From assembly GCF_900095725.1 (NCBI RefSeq), contig NZ_FMMP01000015.1:132364-164363 (forward strand): a DNA stretch of 32,000 nt. Direction: 5' to 3'. Of this stretch, positions 28,441 through 32,000 are shown in pieces. The notes beneath the pieces were generated by a model. The model was given only the letters and a program-made list of their open reading frames with translations, had not been told where the DNA came from and did no database searches. A program made the translations under genes and the position numbers. The stretch is from Cellulosilyticum sp. I15G10I2 (GTDB lineage: Bacteria; Bacillota; Clostridia; Lachnospirales; Cellulosilyticaceae). Positions within the stretch are counted from its first letter, which is position 1; every line of letters starts with the position of its first letter.

Positions 28441-28734
28441 GTGATATCTGTGGAACTAGATGACTTCATTATATTTATAGGATTGCTATTAACATGTCTA
28501 AACATAGTAGCCTTTTTTATTGGTCGAGCAAAGGATATTAGGGAGTGTACTAGAGATGAAAATAAAGTCTCTACAGACCTTGAAATTGTAAGACGAGGTA
28601 ACGGTAATATACTTATTAAGCTTGATAAAATAGACACTAAGATGGACAATATGCAGGAAAGATTAGTAAGAGTAGAAGAAAGTACAAAACAGGCACATAA
28701 ACGTCTTGATGAGCATCTTATTCAGGATAAATAA
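28441..28734 (+). CDS. XhlA-like lysis accessory membrane protein
   Basis: One TM near the N-terminus plus coiled-coil (KLDKIDTKMDNMQERLVRVEESTKQAHKRLDEHL); next to holin. GTG start at 28441 or 28450. Confidence 0.6.
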   Translation: MISVELDDFIIFIGLLLTCLNIVAFFIGRAKDIRECTRDENKVSTDLEIVRRGNGNILIKLDKIDTKMDNMQERLVRVEESTKQAHKRLDEHLIQDK

Positions 28735-28812
28735 GCTAAGTAGCAAAGCTTTAGTGAGAAATTAAATAGAGCACAAACAATAAAATACGATAGTAAAGGA
28801 GAAAGAAAGCTT

Positions 28813-29127
28813 ATGATTGAATTTTTAGAAGCTGATATAGGCAATATTTTAGCACTATTTCTATTTGCAGTAGCTTGCATTCTGCTTATAAAAAATGGCT
28901 ATCGAGAAAAGGTCAGGAAAATACTTTTTTTCCTTGTGTGCAGAGCTGAAGATACATATGGAAGCAAGACAGGAACGCTAAAGTATGCGGCCGTAACGAC
29001 GTGGTTATATGAAAAGTTACCTAGTTTGATTAAACTGATCTTTTCTCAAAATGAAATAGATAGAATGCTCGAACAGGCTGTCGAAGAGATGAAAAAGTAT
29101 CTTTCAGAGATAAGAGCAGATAACTAG
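28813..29127 (+). CDS. Phage holin (LL-H superfamily-like)
   Basis: One N-terminal TM, then charged helical region KYAAVTTWLYEKLPSLIKLIFSQNEIDRMLEQAVEEMKKYLS. Confidence 0.78.
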   Translation: MIEFLEADIGNILALFLFAVACILLIKNGYREKVRKILFFLVCRAEDTYGSKTGTLKYAAVTTWLYEKLPSLIKLIFSQNEIDRMLEQAVEEMKKYLSEIRADN

Positions 29128-29135
29128 GCGGTGAA

Positions 29136-29954
29136 ATGATGAAAATAATGATTGATCCTGGGCATAGAAATAATATCCTTGATTATGGGGCCTGTGGCAA
29201 TGGACAAAAAGAGTCTTATCTAGCTTTGCAAATAAGCCAAAAACTTAAAAAAGAGTTAGAAAAGCATCATATAATATGCTACATGACCAGAGAAACTGAA
29301 AAACAGACAATAAGCATATTAGAAAGAACCACTAAGACATTGAATCTGAAATGTGATTTATTTGTAAGTATACATATTAATAGTGCAGCTAACAATAATG
29401 CTAGTGGGATAGAAGTACTTTATAAAGGAGAAAAAGAGCTTGCTGAAAGTGTGAGTCAGGCAATGAGCACTTCAACGGGAGCTACAAATCGTGGGGCTAA
29501 GCAGCGAACTGATTTAGGTATATTAAATGGATTTGAAAAAGCTATACTTATTGAATGCGGATTTATCAGTAATGCAAAAGAGTGTAAAAAACTAACAGAA
29601 ACTTCCTATCAAGAGAATCTTATCAAAGCAGTAGCAAATACTATTGTAAAAAAGTATAAAATAGTGATAGATAATATTGATTTAGAGTTAAAAGATGCAG
29701 TTAATAAACTCATTGTAAAAGACGTAAAAATTAATGCTGTATCTTGGAACACACTTGAAAAGATGAACTTAAGGTACACAGAGGCACTGGTGGAAAAAGT
29801 AGGAAGGGCAGTATTTAATACTGGAAATTATGCAGATACAATAGAAAAGCTAAATAATATAGAAGTTATTTCAAATAAAATCCTTTGGACTGAAAAAAGA
29901 TTTACTAAAGAAGCTGTTCGAAGTCTTATAATAAAAGTAGCTAATAAAGTATAA
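29136..29954 (+). CDS. N-acetylmuramoyl-L-alanine amidase (Amidase_3) endolysin
   Basis: IMIDPGHRN, SLRPS-like DLFVSIHINSAANNNASGIEVLY, LNGFEKAILIECGFISNAKECKKL; C-terminal extra region. Confidence 0.93.
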   Translation: MMKIMIDPGHRNNILDYGACGNGQKESYLALQISQKLKKELEKHHIICYMTRETEKQTISILERTTKTLNLKCDLFVSIHINSAANNNASGIEVLYKGEKELAESVSQAMSTSTGATNRGAKQRTDLGILNGFEKAILIECGFISNAKECKKLTETSYQENLIKAVANTIVKKYKIVIDNIDLELKDAVNKLIVKDVKINAVSWNTLEKMNLRYTEALVEKVGRAVFNTGNYADTIEKLNNIEVISNKILWTEKRFTKEAVRSLIIKVANKV

Positions 29955-29958
29955 TACA

Positions 29959-30017
29959 AAAGAAGCTGTCCTAAAAGGTAAATAAAGTTTACTTTTTATA
30001 GGGCAGCTTCTTTTGTA
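29959..30017 (+). terminator. Strong terminator closing the tail/lysis operon
   Basis: AAGAAGCTGTCCTA...TAGGGCAGCTTCTTTTG stem-loop just after the amidase stop. Confidence 0.75.
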
Positions 30018-30128
30018 GTATAGAGAAAAACAAATCTGATTTAACAAGTTGGAAAATTGATTTATAAGGCAAGGAAGGCTATGGTAAGAATGAAGTATTC
30101 GCATAAAAGTTAATTTTGGAGGGATTAT

Positions 30129-30182
30129 ATGGGATTTATCAAAACAACAATGAATGCTATCGGTGGAGGACGTAAATTTTAA
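30129..30182 (+). CDS. Unannotated 17-aa small ORF MGFIKTTMNAIGGGRKF
   Basis: ATG at 30129 preceded by TTTTGGAGGG at 6-nt spacing; stop TAA 30180-30182; followed by an intrinsic terminator. Confidence 0.45.
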   Translation: MGFIKTTMNAIGGGRKF

Positions 30183-30204
30183 ATAATAAGCATTAGTCCC
30201 TTAA

Positions 30205-30241
30205 AAAGGCAGCAGAACTAATAAAAAACTGCTGTTTTTTT
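30205..30241 (+). terminator. Intrinsic terminator after small ORF
   Basis: GGCAGCAG-aactaataaaaaa-CTGCTGTT followed by TTTTT. Confidence 0.7.
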
Positions 30242-30314
30242 GTAGACTCATTTAAGTACTATTTGCGCAAAGTGAAAGAGAATAAATGTAATTTTCAACA
30301 TATGTCTAAATCCT

Positions 30315-30342
30315 TTGACAAATCAAAAAACTAAAGTACAAT
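30315..30342 (+). promoter_or_regulatory. sigmaA-like promoter upstream of histidine kinase
   Basis: TTGACA (30315-30320), 16-nt spacer, TACAAT (30337-30342). Confidence 0.6.
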
Positions 30343-30386
30343 AAAAAGAGGGGATAAATGTTAAAATAGATGGAGGGTAGAGCATT

Positions 30387-31661
30387 GTGGCTGAATTTAA
30401 TTATAGGATATTGATTGTAGATGATAATCATAACAATTTATTTACGCTTAGGGAACTAATTAAACAGTATATTAATGCAGAAGTAATAGAAGCAGATTGT
30501 GGACAAGATGCACTTAAGCTATTATATAGCAGAACTGTAGATTTAATTATTTTAGATATACAGATGGAAGGGATGGACGGTTTTGAAGTAGCAGCCCTTA
30601 TTAAAAAAAGAAAGAAGACAAAAGATATACCCATTGTATTTCTTACAGCTGCTTATAAAAGTGAGGAATTTAGAAAAAGAGGATTTGAAATAGGTGCAGT
30701 AGATTATTTAGTAAAGCCTATCGATGAATACCAACTTATTAATAGGATTAATGTGTATCTTAAACTTATCGAAAAAGAAAGAAATATGAATCTGATACTC
30801 GAACAGAAAGTCAAAGAACAAACTGAGGAACTTAGGCAGGCAAAAGAACAGGCAGAGGCTGCAAACGAGGGCAAAAGTACATTTCTAGCAAATATTTCTC
30901 ATGAACTCAGAACGCCTTTAAATATTATATTAAGTTCTATACAACTCATAGAGTTATATCTTGATAATGAAACCCCGATAGAAAAGAAAAAGTTTAGAGA
31001 AAAGGTACATATACAAAAGCAGAATTGTTATAGACTCTTAAGACTCGTAAATAACCTTATAGATATTACAAAAATAGATACAGGGCACTTTACGCTCAAT
31101 TTTAGAAGATGTAATATTGTAGAGCTTGTAGAGTCTATTACTATGTCTATTGCTCCCTATATGAAAAATAAAGGGATGAATCTTGTATTTGATACGGATA
31201 TAGAAGAGAAAGATGTATACTGTGATTTAGATGCAATAGAGAGAATTGTGCTTAACCTGCTTTCCAATGCGATAAAGTTTACACCGGTGGGAGGCACTGT
31301 TTATGTGCAGTTAAAGGATATAGGAGATGCTATAAGTATTTCTGTAAAAGATACAGGGATAGGTATACAAAAAGATATGTTAGATAAGGTTTTTGAAAGA
31401 TTTAAACAAGGGGATAATTTGCTCACTAGAAGAAATGAAGGAAGCGGCATTGGCTTAAATCTAGTCAGGTATCTTGTAGAGTCTCATGGTGGTCAAATCA
31501 CAGTAAGGAGTGAGTATCAAGAAGGCAGTGAATTTGTTGTTGAAATGCCTGTAAACGATGACAAGCATAGAGAGACAATGGGTGGAATGAGTTATGATTA
31601 TAAAGTAGATAATAATGTTGTTCAGAAGATTAGCATAGAGTTCTCGGATATTTATATGTAA
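30387..31661 (+). CDS. Hybrid protein: N-terminal receiver domain + histidine kinase (HisKA/HATPase_c)
   Basis: [17 protein letters not shown]...[17 protein letters not shown]...DYLVKP; [21 protein letters not shown]; [14 protein letters not shown]; [10 protein letters not shown]; [18 protein letters not shown]; GTG start after TGGAGGG. Confidence 0.92.
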   Translation: MAEFNYRILIVDDNHNNLFTLRELIKQYINAEVIEADCGQDALKLLYSRTVDLIILDIQMEGMDGFEVAALIKKRKKTKDIPIVFLTAAYKSEEFRKRGFEIGAVDYLVKPIDEYQLINRINVYLKLIEKERNMNLILEQKVKEQTEELRQAKEQAEAANEGKSTFLANISHELRTPLNIILSSIQLIELYLDNETPIEKKKFREKVHIQKQNCYRLLRLVNNLIDITKIDTGHFTLNFRRCNIVELVESITMSIAPYMKNKGMNLVFDTDIEEKDVYCDLDAIERIVLNLLSNAIKFTPVGGTVYVQLKDIGDAISISVKDTGIGIQKDMLDKVFERFKQGDNLLTRRNEGSGIGLNLVRYLVESHGGQITVRSEYQEGSEFVVEMPVNDDKHRETMGGMSYDYKVDNNVVQKISIEFSDIYM

Positions 31662-31700
31662 TAATACTTAAAACTTAGACAAGAATTAGGAGAGCATATA

Positions 31701-32000
31701 ATGATCAAATTTAAAAATATTAGTATGCAAAGAAGATTAATGATTATTCTTTTGATATGGATAAGCATTTTTATTAGCTTTGGTATTTTTGCGATCAGAC
31801 AGATGAGCTACTTGGGTAATGCAACAAGGTTCATATACAATGACTCACTGCAAGTCTCTAGTGCAGCGATAGAAATAAGAGTAGACATCATTAAAATTCA
31901 AAGAATTACAAGAGACATTATTTTATCAAGAAATGAAGAAGAACTCCAAAAGGGTATAAGTGATATACAGATATTAGATAACAGAATCTTACAGAGTCTG
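31701..32000 (+). CDS. N-terminus of membrane sensor protein with 4HB/MCP-like periplasmic domain (truncated)
   Basis: MIKFKNISMQRRLMIILLIWISIFISFGIFAIRQMSYLGNATRFIYNDSLQVSSAAIEIRVDIIKIQRITRDIILSRNEEELQKGISDIQILDNRILQSL; AGGAGAG RBS. Confidence 0.7.
   Translation, partial: MIKFKNISMQRRLMIILLIWISIFISFGIFAIRQMSYLGNATRFIYNDSLQVSSAAIEIRVDIIKIQRITRDIILSRNEEELQKGISDIQILDNRILQSL

Noticed and set aside
16824-29954. Calling the region a complete prophage
   Set aside because: No terminase, portal, capsid, replication or integrase gene is visible; only tail, regulatory and lysis functions.
1-32000. CRISPR arrays, tRNA/rRNA genes, IS elements
   Set aside because: No regularly spaced direct repeats, no cloverleaf or rRNA-like sequence and no transposase-like ORF could be recognised.

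Overview
Low-GC Firmicutes (Clostridia-like) chromosomal window. The left half (1-16 kb) is ordinary host DNA: an amino-acid ABC transporter operon, a DUF4340-like protein, a CotS-like protein, a PEGA-domain protein, two paralogous phosphoglucomutase/phosphomannomutase genes, a yabG - sipL-like (SPOCS+LysM) - ispE - GntR cluster, a class I mannose-6-phosphate isomerase and a CPBP/CAAX-family membrane protease. The right half (about 16.8-29.95 kb) is a compact PBSX/diffocin-like contractile phage-tail cassette. It has a divergent repressor and Cro-like gene, a sigma-like late activator, a GP20 scaffold-like gene, tail terminator, sheath, tube, XkdN-type chaperone, tape measure, XkdP/Q/R/S/T/U-like baseplate genes, a tail fibre, XhlA-like and holin proteins, and an amidase. 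No terminase, portal, capsid, head-tail connector, replication or integrase gene is visible, so this is best read as a putative R-type tailocin. Main sequence-level observations: (i) a canonical -1 frameshift site, A AAA AAC, at the end of the XkdN-like gene, followed after 7 nt by a bulged 11-bp hairpin and opening a 64-codon extension that is absent from the ORF track; (ii) a likely relic or repurposed GP20 head-scaffold gene in a headless cassette; (iii) a 23-bp-phased operator array overlapping a sigmaA-like promoter; (iv) an unannotated 17-codon small ORF with a strong RBS and its own terminator just after the lysis module. A hybrid receiver-histidine kinase and the start of an MCP/4HB-type sensor close the window. 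Everything was inferred by eye; no database search was run.
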